A stretch of 59,091 nucleotides of DNA from Candidatus Eiseniibacteriota bacterium (GCA_035601515.1 DATNOD010000001.1:1-59091), one strand, 5' to 3'. Counted from the stretch's first letter, positions 24,021-34,244 are shown. A program made the numbers and translations. The notes: a model not told the origin generated them from the sequence alone.

Positions 24021-25637
24021 TTGTTGAAGAACACAAGGCTGGTGGTGGCAGCGCTCGCTGTGATCGCGCTGGTGCTCGGAGGCCTCATTTATCGCGACGT
24101 TTTCGTCGGCACCAAAAACGCGGGCAGCACTCTCAATCTCTATACGGTCGGCCGGCGAACGGTAACTTCCAGCGTCACCGGCACCGGCAACCTGGTGCCG
24201 ATGCAACAGGCCAACGTGAGCTTCAAAGTCAGCGGCTCGCTGACCGAGATCGACGTCAGAGTTGGCGATCACGTCGCCGCCGGGCAGGTGCTCGCCAAGA
24301 TCGATCCGACCAATTACCAAAACGCGCTCGCGAGCTCACAGGCCAACCTCGCCCTGGCCCAGGCCAACCTGCAATCGGCGGAAACGCCGCTGACGCAAGC
24401 TCAGATCACCCAGCTTCGCAACAACCTGGCCAACGCGCAGCAGCAATACAACGACACCGTCGCGCAGGTGAACCTGACCAACACGCAGGATGCGAACCAG
24501 GTCACCTCGGACCAGAACCAGCTGACCGCTGACCAGCAGGCACTAACCTTCAACTCCGCATATCAGGCGGCCAAACAGACCCTGACCAGCGACCAGGCGA
24601 CGCTCCAGACAGCCATCAACCAGTTCCAGGCCGACGGCTGCAACACTCAGACCTACCCATATTCAGGCCTGTGCGTGGCGGACTTCTCAGCGGTGTCCAG
24701 CGACCAAACCAAGGTCAACTCGGACCAGTTGGCCGTCAACGGGTTCGCGACCCAGGTCAACGCCGACCAGGCCAAGCTCAACCTCGACACCGTCAAGCAG
24801 CAAACCGACAAGACGAGCGGCCAGCGCAGCATCAACGCGGCCGCTGCCTCGGTCACAAGCGCTCAGGACACCCTCAACACGCAGACGGAGGCCAAGCCGA
24901 ATCAGATCCTCTCCGCCCAGGCCTCGATGGCCAGCGCCCAGGTCGCGGTGCAAACGGCACAGCAGAACGTGACCAACACCACCCTCGTCGCTCCGATGGA
25001 CGGGGTGGTCAACAGCATCAACGGTGTCGTCGGAGAGACCGCGATCACCGGTTCCGGCACGACATCCGAGGCCCCGGGCTCGCAAGCCCCGCTGCCGACC
25101 AGCGGCGCGTCGAGCGCATTCATGGTCATCGGCAACATCAGCGGCCTGGAGGTCGTGATCCCCTTCGCCGAGTCCGACGCCTCCAAGCTCGCAGTCAACC
25201 AGGACACGCAGGTCACCTTCGACGCCGTCCCCAGCCTCACCATCAGCGGGCACGTCGTCGCCGTGGCAAGCGCGGCGATCGTGCAGAGCGGGGTCGTCAA
25301 CTACTACGCCACCGTAGCTTTGAACCAGACCAACGCCGCGCTCAAGCAAGGCATGACCTCCAACGCCACCGTGACCGTGAGCAAGGCGACGAACGCAGTC
25401 GTCGTGCCCAACCTGGCGATCACAAGGCTCGCCGGCCAGGCCTATGTCAACGTCTATGTCGGCGGCAAAGAGGTCCAGACCGCGATCCAGACCGGCGTCG
25501 TCGGCGACCAGTTCACCGAGATCACGGGCGGCCTCAGTGAAGGGGCCGAGGTCGTGATTCCGACATTGAGAGTCTCCGGCAGCGGAGGCACGAATCGTTT
25601 CAATGGCGGCGGGGTCCGCATCGGCGGCGGCGGATGA
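24021..25637 (+). CDS. HlyD/MacA-type periplasmic adaptor (membrane fusion protein) with unusually long coiled-coil hairpin
   Basis: TTG 24021 after GGAGGTGA. N-terminal [28 protein letters not shown] lipoyl-like motif. About 220-aa Q/N/T/A-rich coiled coil. C-terminal beta-barrel/MP domains. Confidence 0.75.
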   Translation: MLKNTRLVVAALAVIALVLGGLIYRDVFVGTKNAGSTLNLYTVGRRTVTSSVTGTGNLVPMQQANVSFKVSGSLTEIDVRVGDHVAAGQVLAKIDPTNYQNALASSQANLALAQANLQSAETPLTQAQITQLRNNLANAQQQYNDTVAQVNLTNTQDANQVTSDQNQLTADQQALTFNSAYQAAKQTLTSDQATLQTAINQFQADGCNTQTYPYSGLCVADFSAVSSDQTKVNSDQLAVNGFATQVNADQAKLNLDTVKQQTDKTSGQRSINAAAASVTSAQDTLNTQTEAKPNQILSAQASMASAQVAVQTAQQNVTNTTLVAPMDGVVNSINGVVGETAITGSGTTSEAPGSQAPLPTSGASSAFMVIGNISGLEVVIPFAESDASKLAVNQDTQVTFDAVPSLTISGHVVAVASAAIVQSGVVNYYATVALNQTNAALKQGMTSNATVTVSKATNAVVVPNLAITRLAGQAYVNVYVGGKEVQTAIQTGVVGDQFTEITGGLSEGAEVVIPTLRVSGSGGTNRFNGGGVRIGGGG

Positions 25638-26311
25638 TCAGGCTGGAGGCCGTCACCAAGACCTACCGCATGGGCAGGGTCGAGGTCCAGGCGCTCCGCG
25701 GAATTGACCTGCATATCGAAAGCGGCGACTTCGTCGCGATCATGGGCGCCAGCGGCTCTGGCAAATCGACACTGATGAACATCGTCGGCTGCCTGGACGT
25801 GCCGACCAGCGGACGCTACTTCCTCGACGGGACCGACGTCGCCAGGCTCGACGACGACCAGCTTGCGATCATCCGCAACCGCAAGATCGGTTTTGTCTTC
25901 CAGAGCTTCAACCTCATCCCGCGTACGACCGCGCTGCACAACGTCGAGATGCCGCTGATCTACGCGGGGGCGCCTAACCGCCGTCCGCGTGCGCTCGAAG
26001 CACTGGACGCGGTCGGTCTTGCCAACCGCGCAGACCACCAGCCTACCGAGCTCTCGGGCGGCCAGCAGCAGCGTGCCGCGATCGCCCGCGCGCTCGTCAC
26101 CGACCCGGCGATCCTGCTCGCCGACGAGCCCACCGGCAACCTCGACAGCGGGTCGAGCGTCGAGATCATGAAGTTGCTGGTGGAGTTGAACGAACAGCAC
26201 GCCCGCACGATCGTCCTGATCACCCACGAACGCGATATCGCCGCGTTCGCGAAGCGAACGGTGGAGCTGCGCGACGGATTGATCGTCCGCGATGAGCGGC
26301 GCGCTGCATGA
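25634..26311 (+). CDS. ABC transporter ATP-binding protein (MacB/LolD-type)
   Basis: Walker [10 protein letters not shown], signature LSGGQQQR, Walker B LLADEPT. ATGA overlap with the adaptor gene. Confidence 0.9.
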   Translation: MIRLEAVTKTYRMGRVEVQALRGIDLHIESGDFVAIMGASGSGKSTLMNIVGCLDVPTSGRYFLDGTDVARLDDDQLAIIRNRKIGFVFQSFNLIPRTTALHNVEMPLIYAGAPNRRPRALEALDAVGLANRADHQPTELSGGQQQRAAIARALVTDPAILLADEPTGNLDSGSSVEIMKLLVELNEQHARTIVLITHERDIAAFAKRTVELRDGLIVRDERRAA

Positions 26312-27555
26312 ACATCTTCGAGGCGCTTCGAGTCGCATTCGCCGGCTTGCTTGCGAATCGCTTGCGCAGCTCGCTGACGATGCTCGGGATCCTCATCGGC
26401 GTCGCCGCTGTGATTCTTCTGGTCGCGGTCGGCAACGGCGCCAGCGTCCAGATCAACAATCAGATCCAGGGGCTGGGCGCAAACGTCATCTTCGTTTACC
26501 CGGCCAACGCCAAAGGCGCCGGCGGGGTCTCGCAGGGCTTCGGCACCAGCCAGTCGCTGACGATGGCTGACGTCGACGCCATCAACAACCGCCAGCAGGA
26601 CCAGGATGTCGTGGCCGCGATTCCGATTGCGAATAGCGGTGGACAGATCACGTACCAGAACCAGAACTACTTCGCGCCGACCACCGGCACCACTGTCGAT
26701 TTCCCGCAGGTACGTGACTATCAGATCGCCGAAGGTTCTTTCTTCACACAAGACGATGTGACCGCGCAGCATCGCGTCGTCGTCCTCGGTCAGACCGTGG
26801 TCCAGAACCTCTTCGGTGCCAACGACCCGATCGGCCAGACGATCAAGATCAATCGCCAGAGCTTCCGGGTCATCGGCGTCTTCGCGACCAAAGGCGGCAG
26901 CGGGTTCGGATCTCAGGACAACGTCCTCGTCGCGCCGATCACCGCTGTCTGGGCGTACTTGAGCGGCGGGCGCGGCAAGGGCATCAGCCAGATCGTCGCC
27001 TCGGCCTCATCGGCGGGAACGGTCAGCCAGGCCGAAACCGAGATCACGACCATCCTCTTGCAGCGCCACCAGATCTCCGATCCATCTCTCGCTGACTTTC
27101 AGCTGCAGAGCCAGCAGGACATCCTCACCCAGGCCAACTCCATCGCGACCGCGCTCACCCTCGTGCTTGGGGCGATCGCCGGCATTTCCCTGGTCGTAGG
27201 CGGGATCGGAATCATGAACATCATGCTGGTCACCGTCACAGAGCGGACCCGCGAGATCGGAATCCGCAAAGCGATCGGCGCGCGGTGGCGTGACGTGCTC
27301 ATGCAGTTCCTCATCGAGGCGATGTTCCTGAGCGGGCTCGGCGGCGCGCTCGGTATCGCCCTCGGAGCCGCGCTTGCGGTCGAGGCACCACACATCCCCG
27401 CGATCGCGAGCTCGACATTTCCGCCGCCGGTGGTCTCGATCCCGTCGGTGCTGCTCGCTTTCGGGGTCTCCGTCGGCATCGGCTTGTTCTTCGGCATCTA
27501 TCCCGCCAATCGCGCCGCCCGCCTGCACCCGATTGAAGCTTTGAGACACGAGTAG
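26308..27555 (+). CDS. ABC transporter permease (MacB periplasmic domain + FtsX)
   Basis: 415 aa. N-terminal TM, large extracytoplasmic domain, C-terminal FtsX-like 3 TM with [11 protein letters not shown] motif. Confidence 0.85.
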   Translation: MNIFEALRVAFAGLLANRLRSSLTMLGILIGVAAVILLVAVGNGASVQINNQIQGLGANVIFVYPANAKGAGGVSQGFGTSQSLTMADVDAINNRQQDQDVVAAIPIANSGGQITYQNQNYFAPTTGTTVDFPQVRDYQIAEGSFFTQDDVTAQHRVVVLGQTVVQNLFGANDPIGQTIKINRQSFRVIGVFATKGGSGFGSQDNVLVAPITAVWAYLSGGRGKGISQIVASASSAGTVSQAETEITTILLQRHQISDPSLADFQLQSQQDILTQANSIATALTLVLGAIAGISLVVGGIGIMNIMLVTVTERTREIGIRKAIGARWRDVLMQFLIEAMFLSGLGGALGIALGAALAVEAPHIPAIASSTFPPPVVSIPSVLLAFGVSVGIGLFFGIYPANRAARLHPIEALRHE

Positions 27556-27567
27556 AGGAGCGAATTG

Positions 27568-28041
27568 ATGAAGACGTATGTGATTGCCCTGGCCGTTCTT
27601 ATCGGCGTTCTGGGCGGGTTCTACGGCGGCTACAAGGTCGGGCAGAACAACGTGAGCGCGAGCTCTACTGCCGCCTCTACGCGCACGGGTGCCTCAAACG
27701 GATCCAGCAACTTCACCGGAGCTGGACGTGGATTGGCCGCGGCCTGCCCATCACCTGGAGCCACGCCAGCGGCCGGCGGCCAGAGCCTCGCCCGCGGGAC
27801 TGTGACCAATCTCAACAGCACGTCGATGACCGTCACCAGCACGAGCTGTGACGTGAAGGTGACGTTCGGCCCCACCGTGACCATCTCGAAGCAGGCGCTG
27901 GGCACGACCTCCGACCTGCAGGACAACCAGACCGTGACCATCACGGGAACGCGTCAGCCCGACGGGTCGATCCTCGCGCAGACGATTCAGATCGGCACGG
28001 CAGGCGGCGGAGTGCGTACTGGCACTGGCACCGGCGGCTAG
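27568..28041 (+). CDS. Membrane-anchored small protein (DUF5666-like beta domain)
   Basis: GAGGAG RBS, ATG 27568, N-terminal TM. GTVTNLNSTSMTVTS...QTVTITGTRQPDGSILAQTIQIG pattern. Confidence 0.5.
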   Translation: MKTYVIALAVLIGVLGGFYGGYKVGQNNVSASSTAASTRTGASNGSSNFTGAGRGLAAACPSPGATPAAGGQSLARGTVTNLNSTSMTVTSTSCDVKVTFGPTVTISKQALGTTSDLQDNQTVTITGTRQPDGSILAQTIQIGTAGGGVRTGTGTGG

Positions 28042-28050
28042 GGCTTCAGC

Positions 28051-28236
28051 GTGCCGACGCGGCTGGTCTGGGCGCTGGTGGCGCTGGTCCTCGGCCTTGG
28101 CGGCTGGCTGATGCTGATTGACGGCGTGCTGGGCAGCGCCGGCTACGTCCTGGCGGGCGTCGGCGCGGGCATCGGCTGCGCTTTGTTAGGGAGCCTCGCC
28201 CACGATGCCCTGGCCGGTCCGCGCGAGCGTCTGTGA
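28051..28236 (+). CDS. Hypothetical two-TM mini-protein
   Basis: GTG start. 61 aa, entirely hydrophobic/Gly-rich. Only positional support. Confidence 0.3.
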   Translation: MPTRLVWALVALVLGLGGWLMLIDGVLGSAGYVLAGVGAGIGCALLGSLAHDALAGPRERL

Positions 28237-28237
28237 C

Positions 28238-28759
28238 TCACGAACCACCGAGAGGCTTTTCGTACCAGCCCACGTCCCAGTACCGGTCGAACTTGCGTCC
28301 CTGCTCGGTGAAGTGCGCGACCCGCTTGAAGCCGAACCGCTCATGGAGTGCGATCGACGCCTGGTTGGGCAAAGCGATGCCGGCGTAGGCACGGTGCACG
28401 TCCTCGCCCTGCAACTGCTTGAAGAGCTCCTCATAGAGCCGAGTCCCGATGCCGCGTCCAACCTGGTCGGGCGTGACGTAGATGCTTGTCTCGACAGAGG
28501 TCTCGTAGCCGGGTTTGCTTCGGAAGCGACTGGTGGTCGCGTAGCCGATCACCGACCCGTCGGAAACGCCGACCACGACCCGATACCGCCCGGAGGTGCC
28601 GTGCTGCGCGAACCATTCGCGCCGCTCCTCCATCGTCATCGGGTCGAAGTCGAACGTGAAGTGGGTCTCGAGCACGTAACGGTTGTAGATGTCATTGAGC
28701 TTGCCGAGGTCTTCCTCGGCAGCGGGGCGCACCGTGACTTTGGCGTTGCTGACTTGCAT
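28238..28759 (-). CDS. GNAT N-acetyltransferase (phosphinothricin acetyltransferase-like)
   Basis: VRPAAEEDLGKLNDIYN...VTPDQVGRGIGTRLYEEL...ASIALHERFGFKRV. Confidence 0.75.
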   Translation of the reverse strand: MQVSNAKVTVRPAAEEDLGKLNDIYNRYVLETHFTFDFDPMTMEERREWFAQHGTSGRYRVVVGVSDGSVIGYATTSRFRSKPGYETSVETSIYVTPDQVGRGIGTRLYEELFKQLQGEDVHRAYAGIALPNQASIALHERFGFKRVAHFTEQGRKFDRYWDVGWYEKPLGGS

Positions 28760-28802
28760 GCATCCAGTTTATTCACGGCGGTCAGGGCGCGAGAATTGCT
28801 GG

Positions 28803-29159
28803 ATGGACCGGATCATGCTCCAGGGCATGTCGTTCAGCGGGCGGCACGGAGTTCGCCCGGCCGAGCGCGAGCACGTCCAGGACTTCGAGGTCGACATCGA
28901 CATGGAGGCCGACCTGGCAGTGCCGGGGTCCACCGACCGAATCGAGGACACGGTCGACTACCGAGCGGCGCACGCGATCGCCAAACAAACCATCGAAGGC
29001 GAGTCGGTGAAGCTGCTCGAGACACTGGCGGCTCGGATTGCAGACCGCGTCCTTACCCTGCCCGGAGTCAACGCCGTGAGCGTTCGCGTCGCCAAGCGAC
29101 CCGCGAGCATGGTACCGATCACATCCGCCGCGGTGCACATTAGAAGGACGCGCGCATGA
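28803..29159 (+). CDS. folB: Dihydroneopterin aldolase
   Basis: MDRIMLQGMSFSGRHGVRPAEREHVQDFEVDIDM...DRIEDTVDY. ATG 28803 (alternative 28815). Confidence 0.75.
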   Translation: MDRIMLQGMSFSGRHGVRPAEREHVQDFEVDIDMEADLAVPGSTDRIEDTVDYRAAHAIAKQTIEGESVKLLETLAARIADRVLTLPGVNAVSVRVAKRPASMVPITSAAVHIRRTRA

Positions 29160-30310
29160 CGATCGCTTACTTCGACTGCTTCGCCGGCATTTCCGGCGAC
29201 ATGACGCTGGGGGCCTTGATCGATGCCGGCGCCGATCGGGCGATCCTCGACGCCACGGTCGAGGCGCTGCGCCTGGGCGATGAGGTCACCGTCGAGGTAC
29301 GCCACGAGGAGCGTGGTCATGCAGGAGGCACTCGGGTCGTCGTCCACGCCCGCGATCGAGTTGCGCGAACGGTGCCGGCGCTGCGGAGCGCCATCGCGAC
29401 CGCCGAGGTGCCGGAAGAGGTCAAGCGCCCGGCACTCGCCGCCATCGAGCGGCTCGGCGCTGCCGAATCACGGCTCCATGGTCTTGATGAGGCTGACCTT
29501 CATCTCCACGAGCTCGGCGGCGCGGACACTCTCGTCGACCTGGTCGGTGCTTTCTGGCTGCTTCACAACCTGAGCGTCGGGCAGGTCTACGCGTCAGCGT
29601 TGCCTGCGCCGTCCGGCCGCGCCGGCCAGTTGCCTTTGCCGGCTCCGGCCAGCGTGCGCGTGCTGGAAGGCACGGGCGCGGTGTTTGTCTCTACGGACGA
29701 GACTCGGGAGCTGGTCACCCCGACCGGCGCTGCGATCCTGGCGGTCACGGCCAGGTTCACCCGCCCAGCGATGTCGTTGCAATCGATCGGCTACGGCATC
29801 GGTTCTCGCGACGTTCCGGGGAATGCGCTCGCGGTCTGGATCGGTGATGAGGTGGCCGCCCAGACGGGAGTTACATTGATCGAGACCAACGTCGACGACA
29901 TGGCTCCCAACCTCATCGCCGCGTTGAGCGAGGATCTCATGGCGCTGGGCGCGCTCGACGTGAGCGTGATGCCGGTGGTTATGAAAAAGGGCCGTGCCGG
30001 CCACCTGCTGGCGATCATGGCGGCGCCGGACATGGTGGGGCAGCTCACCGAGCACGTCCTGCGCCACAGCACGACGTTGGGAGTACGTCTGACCAAGGCC
30101 GATCGCGTCATCGCCGAGCGAAGGGTGATCGAGGTTCGGACCGCTTTCGGCATCGCGCGGGCCAAGGTCAAAGAGCTAGGAGGCAAGGCTGTCGACGTCT
30201 CACCTGAGTACGAAGACTGCCGGCGGCTGGCGCGCGAATCGGGCCGCGATCTGCGCGACGTGATCCGTGCGGTGACCGAGGCCGCGCGGAGAGAGTTGGG
30301 TCTGGACTAG
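29156..30310 (+). CDS. larC: LarC family nickel insertion protein (nickel-pincer cofactor biosynthesis; DUF111)
   Basis: MTIAYFDCFAGISGDMTLGALIDAGAD N-terminal signature. ATGA overlap with folB. Confidence 0.8.
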   Translation: MTIAYFDCFAGISGDMTLGALIDAGADRAILDATVEALRLGDEVTVEVRHEERGHAGGTRVVVHARDRVARTVPALRSAIATAEVPEEVKRPALAAIERLGAAESRLHGLDEADLHLHELGGADTLVDLVGAFWLLHNLSVGQVYASALPAPSGRAGQLPLPAPASVRVLEGTGAVFVSTDETRELVTPTGAAILAVTARFTRPAMSLQSIGYGIGSRDVPGNALAVWIGDEVAAQTGVTLIETNVDDMAPNLIAALSEDLMALGALDVSVMPVVMKKGRAGHLLAIMAAPDMVGQLTEHVLRHSTTLGVRLTKADRVIAERRVIEVRTAFGIARAKVKELGGKAVDVSPEYEDCRRLARESGRDLRDVIRAVTEAARRELGLD

Positions 30311-30369
30311 AACAGCGCCTATCGGTCGATCAGCGCGGGCGCTTTGGGGCACCCGCGACAATAGGCCGC

Positions 30370-31221
30370 GTGGCAGCTCGTGTGCTCGACGGCAAGGCCG
30401 TGGCGCAGCAAATCCTCGATGACGTCGCTACGAAGGTCGGGGCTCGAGTAGCGAGCGGCAAGCCGCGGCCCAAGCTGGCGACGATCATCGTCGGCGACGA
30501 CCCCGCCTCAGCGCTGTACGTCCGCAGCAAGCAGAAGAATGCCCGCCAGGTCGGTATCGACAGCGAAGACCATCGCTTGCCCACCGAGACCTCCACTGAG
30601 CAGCTCGTCGAGCTGATCGGTGTCTTGAATGGGGACGAGTCGGTGAGCGGCATCCTCGTCCAGCAGCCACTGCCGGCCCACATCGACGTCGGGCGGATTG
30701 TCGTCGCGGTGGATCCGGTCAAGGACGTCGATGGGTTCCATCCGTTCAACGCGGGTCTGGTGGCGCTGGGCCTTCCCGGCGGAATCCAGCCTTGCACGCC
30801 GACAGGGATCGTCGAGCTGCTCGAGCGCGGTGGAGTTCGAATCGATGGCGCCAACGCCGTCGTCGTCGGCAGGAGCAACATCGTCGGCAAACCGACGGCA
30901 CTTTTGCTTTTGAAACGCAACGCGACCGTCATCGTGTGTCATACGCACACCAAGTACCTCGCCGGCCACACGCTGAATGCGGACATCCTCGTTGCGGCGG
31001 CCGGAAAGCCCAACCTCATCACCAAGGAAATGGTCAAAATCGGCGCCGCCGTCGTCGATGTGAGCGCCAACCGCACTGAGCTGGGCCAGGTGGGCGACCT
31101 GGCTCCTGGCGTAGCGGACGTCGCGGGATGGCTGACGCCGAATCCCGGCGGTGTGGGTCCGATGACCAGGGCCGTGTTGGTTCGCAACACATACGAGGCC
31201 GAGGTCCGCCGACGCCCCTAG
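30370..31221 (+). CDS. folD: Bifunctional methylenetetrahydrofolate dehydrogenase/methenyl-THF cyclohydrolase
   Basis: LDGKAVAQQI...SGILVQQPLPAHID...VVVGRSNIVGKP...PGGVGPMT. Confidence 0.9.
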   Translation: MAARVLDGKAVAQQILDDVATKVGARVASGKPRPKLATIIVGDDPASALYVRSKQKNARQVGIDSEDHRLPTETSTEQLVELIGVLNGDESVSGILVQQPLPAHIDVGRIVVAVDPVKDVDGFHPFNAGLVALGLPGGIQPCTPTGIVELLERGGVRIDGANAVVVGRSNIVGKPTALLLLKRNATVIVCHTHTKYLAGHTLNADILVAAAGKPNLITKEMVKIGAAVVDVSANRTELGQVGDLAPGVADVAGWLTPNPGGVGPMTRAVLVRNTYEAEVRRRP

Positions 31222-31250
31222 AACGAGTTCGTCTGTACGATGCCAAATCC

Positions 31251-32519
31251 GTGACCTACCCCGAGGCCCTCGCTTATATATCCCGACTCGGCCGCTTCGG
31301 GATGAAGCTCGGGACCGAACGAACGCGGGCGATCCTGGATCGCATCGGCCAACCAGACCGCGGTCTCCGGGGTGCGCTGATTGCGGGCACGAATGGCAAG
31401 GGTTCAACCGGGGCGTGCCTCGCCTCGATTCTTCGGGCCTCAGGGCACAGGGTCGGCTTCATGCCCAAGCCGCACCTGATCTCATACACGGAGCGCATCC
31501 AGGTCGATGGCACTCCTATCAGCGAGAGCGATTTCGTCGAAACACTGCAGGACCTCGAGCCAACGCTGGACGCAATCGCCGGCGAGATGGGCCAGGCGAC
31601 AGAGTTCGAGATGCTCACGGTGATGGCGCTCGCGTACCTCGCGCCGCGGATTGACCGATTGGTCTGCGAAGTCGGACTCGGTGGGAGGCTCGATGCGACC
31701 AACGCGCTGGATCTGGGCGTGGCCGTCATCACGAACGTCGATCTGGACCATCAGAAGTACCTCGGCAACACCATCGAGCAGATCGCCCGTGAAAAGGCCG
31801 CGATCATCAAGCCGGGCAATCAGGTCGTCACCGGTTGCGAAGGTCCGGCCCTGGCGATCGTCGAAGAGCATTCGCGCAATGCCGGAGCGAGCCTTTGGAG
31901 GCTCGGACGCGAGATCAATGTCGAATCGGAGTCCCGAGGTTGGAACGGTCACGATGTCTCTGTCACCGGCCCCGGCTTTGAGCACAGGCGTCTTGCCCTA
32001 CCGCTGGTTGGCGACTACCAGCCTGCCAACGCGGCCCTGGCCGTGGCGGCCGCGCACGCGCTCGACGATGTCACCGACGAGGCGGTGCGCGAGGGCCTCG
32101 CGTCGACCAGGTGGCCAGGCCGGCTGCAATCGATTGCGACGAATCCGCGCGTTGTTCTCGACGGTGGGCACAACCCTGCGGCCATGACGAAGTCAGGAGT
32201 TTCGCTGCGGCGGTTGATCGGAGCGGAGCGACTTGTGACGGTGTTCGCAATGCTCAGTGAGCGAGATCCGGTGGAGCTACTGGCGGCATTGCGCACCCTC
32301 AGGCCAGATCGTTCGGTTTTCACAGAGCCGGCGAGCGCCAGCGGACATGTGGTACCAGCTCAAGAGCTCGCGACGAGATTCGGTGACGACGCGGAGGCTG
32401 TCTTGCCTGCGCGCGATGCGCTCGAGCGAGCCAAGAACCTGGCCGGTGAGAATGGGAACGTGCTCGTATGCGGCTCGCTGTATCTGGTCGGTGAGATCCT
32501 GTCCACGGTGGCCAGGTGA
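31251..32519 (+). CDS. folC: Folylpolyglutamate synthase/dihydrofolate synthase
   Basis: GTG 31251 (VTYPEALAYISRL...). GTNGKGST P-loop. Mur-ligase architecture. Confidence 0.8.
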   Translation: MTYPEALAYISRLGRFGMKLGTERTRAILDRIGQPDRGLRGALIAGTNGKGSTGACLASILRASGHRVGFMPKPHLISYTERIQVDGTPISESDFVETLQDLEPTLDAIAGEMGQATEFEMLTVMALAYLAPRIDRLVCEVGLGGRLDATNALDLGVAVITNVDLDHQKYLGNTIEQIAREKAAIIKPGNQVVTGCEGPALAIVEEHSRNAGASLWRLGREINVESESRGWNGHDVSVTGPGFEHRRLALPLVGDYQPANAALAVAAAHALDDVTDEAVREGLASTRWPGRLQSIATNPRVVLDGGHNPAAMTKSGVSLRRLIGAERLVTVFAMLSERDPVELLAALRTLRPDRSVFTEPASASGHVVPAQELATRFGDDAEAVLPARDALERAKNLAGENGNVLVCGSLYLVGEILSTVAR

Positions 32520-32989
32520 ACGGACCGCGGTTGTACCGCAGCAGCGACAGGATCATCGGCGGGGTGTGCGCGGGTCTGGCCGAAGGGTTTCACGTCGATG
32601 CCCTATGGGTCCGCGTGGCCTTCCTCATCCTGATCTTCATCCAGGGGATCGGAGTGTTCCTCTACATCGTCCTCTGGCTGGTCATGCCGGAGCGAGTGGA
32701 GGGCGGCGGCCATCGGAGCGGTTTCGACGCAATGACCGCCGACATCAGGCGCCTCTGGGGCGAGCTTCAGCACTCAACGGCCGGCAAGTCGCAAGCAGGG
32801 GCCTCCGCGCCGGCGTCCCCAGGCGTCTTTCAGAACCAGAGCCTGGTTTTCGGTCTCATCCTGGACGTCATCGGCCTTGTTCTGCTCGGGGGCAACGTTG
32901 GGATCATCAACTGGTCGGTCGTATGGCCGGCGGCATTGATCACACTTGGGATAGTGGTCCTGGTTCGGAATCTCGAAAAGCGGCCCTGA
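32516..32989 (+). CDS. PspC domain-containing membrane protein
   Basis: LYRSSDRIIGGVCAGLAEGFHVDALWVRVAFLILIF. GTGA overlap with folC. Confidence 0.75.
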   Translation: MNGPRLYRSSDRIIGGVCAGLAEGFHVDALWVRVAFLILIFIQGIGVFLYIVLWLVMPERVEGGGHRSGFDAMTADIRRLWGELQHSTAGKSQAGASAPASPGVFQNQSLVFGLILDVIGLVLLGGNVGIINWSVVWPAALITLGIVVLVRNLEKRP

Positions 32990-33001
32990 TCGCCTGAAAG
33001 G

Positions 33002-33445
33002 TCAGCGATTTCCCCTCAGCTTCTGGAAGTCGATCGTCCACTCGCGGCGCTCGGCCCGAGCGAATGAGACGCATAGATAGACGCAGCCGGCGATCATCGG
33101 CAGGAGCAAGACGCCGCCCAGCAACGCCCACAGCAAGCCCGCTGTCGCCGCTATTCCGCCCACCAAGACCGCCGATATCACCAAGCCGGCGACTCCGACG
33201 AGCAGCTCGCCCGCGTTATGGACGCCCTGAGTCACTGGAGGTGCCACCGGCGGGGATTGCGGAGTGCGTCCGGCACGGCTCATCGGCGCCACCAGGCCGT
33301 ACAGCAAGAGGCTGACGCCCGCAAGGCCCGCCAGGAGCGTGACCACTTCGTAGATGAGGCCCTCGCGCGTGTCCGCTACGCGGCTCCCGGCCAAAAAGGC
33401 GACCACGACGAGGATCACACCCGCGGCCAGGGCCGCCCAACGCAT
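33002..33445 (-). CDS. Hypothetical polytopic membrane protein
   Basis: ATG 33445 (MRWAALAAGVILVVVAF...). 4 TM helices. No domain recognised. Confidence 0.45.
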   Translation of the reverse strand: MRWAALAAGVILVVVAFLAGSRVADTREGLIYEVVTLLAGLAGVSLLLYGLVAPMSRAGRTPQSPPVAPPVTQGVHNAGELLVGVAGLVISAVLVGGIAATAGLLWALLGGVLLLPMIAGCVYLCVSFARAERREWTIDFQKLRGNR

Positions 33446-33446
33446 C

Positions 33447-34244
33447 CTAGTTGGCGCTGGCGAGGAGGTTGGCTCGCAGCCTGCGCATGCCACGCAGCCA
33501 ACGGTCGTAGTCCTGGGCCTTGCGGTTGAAGTATTCGGCCACCTCGGGATGCGGAAGGATCAGGAACTTTTCGGCTCTGATGCCCTCGACGACCAGGTCA
33601 GCCACATGCTCGGGTTCCAGAGCGCCTTGGGTCAAGAAATTGCGACCAAGGACGCGCTCCTCGGCCGCAAGCATGTCGGTCTTCACACCTTGCGGGCACA
33701 GGCAGGAGACCCGGACCCCATCATCGCCATGCGCGATCGCGAGCCACTCGAAGAACGAGAGCGCCGCCGCTTTCGTCACTCCGTATGGAGCTGCGAAGAC
33801 GTGGTTGAGCAGGCCCGCCGCGGACACAGTGCCGAGGAGGTAACCCTCCTTGCGGTCGAGCATGCGGGGCAGGACGTGCCGCGCCGCGAACACGTGCGAC
33901 ATCACATTCACGTCCCATATGCGCTGCCAGTCAGCGGTGGCCGCTTCGGGTCCGCCACCAACTCCGATGCCGGCGTTGGAGCAGTAGAGATCGATGCGTC
34001 CGTGCGCGGTCTGAGCTTTATCCACAAGGTCGGCGACCTCGTCCTCACGGGAGACGTCGCACTTGATCGCCATGCCACCGATCTCTCGCGCGACCGCCCA
34101 GGCGCTGTCTCCGTCGATGTCCGCAACGACGACCGCTTCCGCACCCTCTTTGGCGAATTTCCGCGCCAGCGCGCGCCCAATGCCTCGGGCTCCGCCAGTC
34201 ACGACGACGACGCGATTAGTTACGTCCACGCAACATAGCCTCAT
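33447..34244 (-). CDS. Short-chain dehydrogenase/reductase (SDR)
   Basis: VVVTGGARGIG, NAG, YGVTK (YxxxK). Start ATG 34244 or GTG 34229. Confidence 0.8.
   Translation of the reverse strand: MRLCCVDVTNRVVVVTGGARGIGRALARKFAKEGAEAVVVADIDGDSAWAVAREIGGMAIKCDVSREDEVADLVDKAQTAHGRIDLYCSNAGIGVGGGPEAATADWQRIWDVNVMSHVFAARHVLPRMLDRKEGYLLGTVSAAGLLNHVFAAPYGVTKAAALSFFEWLAIAHGDDGVRVSCLCPQGVKTDMLAAEERVLGRNFLTQGALEPEHVADLVVEGIRAEKFLILPHPEVAEYFNRKAQDYDRWLRGMRRLRANLLASAN

Noticed and set aside
23105-24088. 327-aa minus-strand ORF antisense to the membrane protein and adaptor genes
   Set aside because: Extreme Arg/Gly/Pro/Asp bias typical of shadow frames in high-GC DNA, no motifs. It fully overlaps plus-strand genes that sit in a tightly coupled operon.
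30508-31407. 299-aa minus-strand ORF antisense to folD/folC (similar cases: 25454-26338, 25960-26772, 35106-36008, 28205-29143, 48726-49736, 45300-45992, 16991-17680)
   Set aside because: Each overlaps a gene with unambiguous family motifs on the other strand and has a shadow-ORF amino-acid composition.
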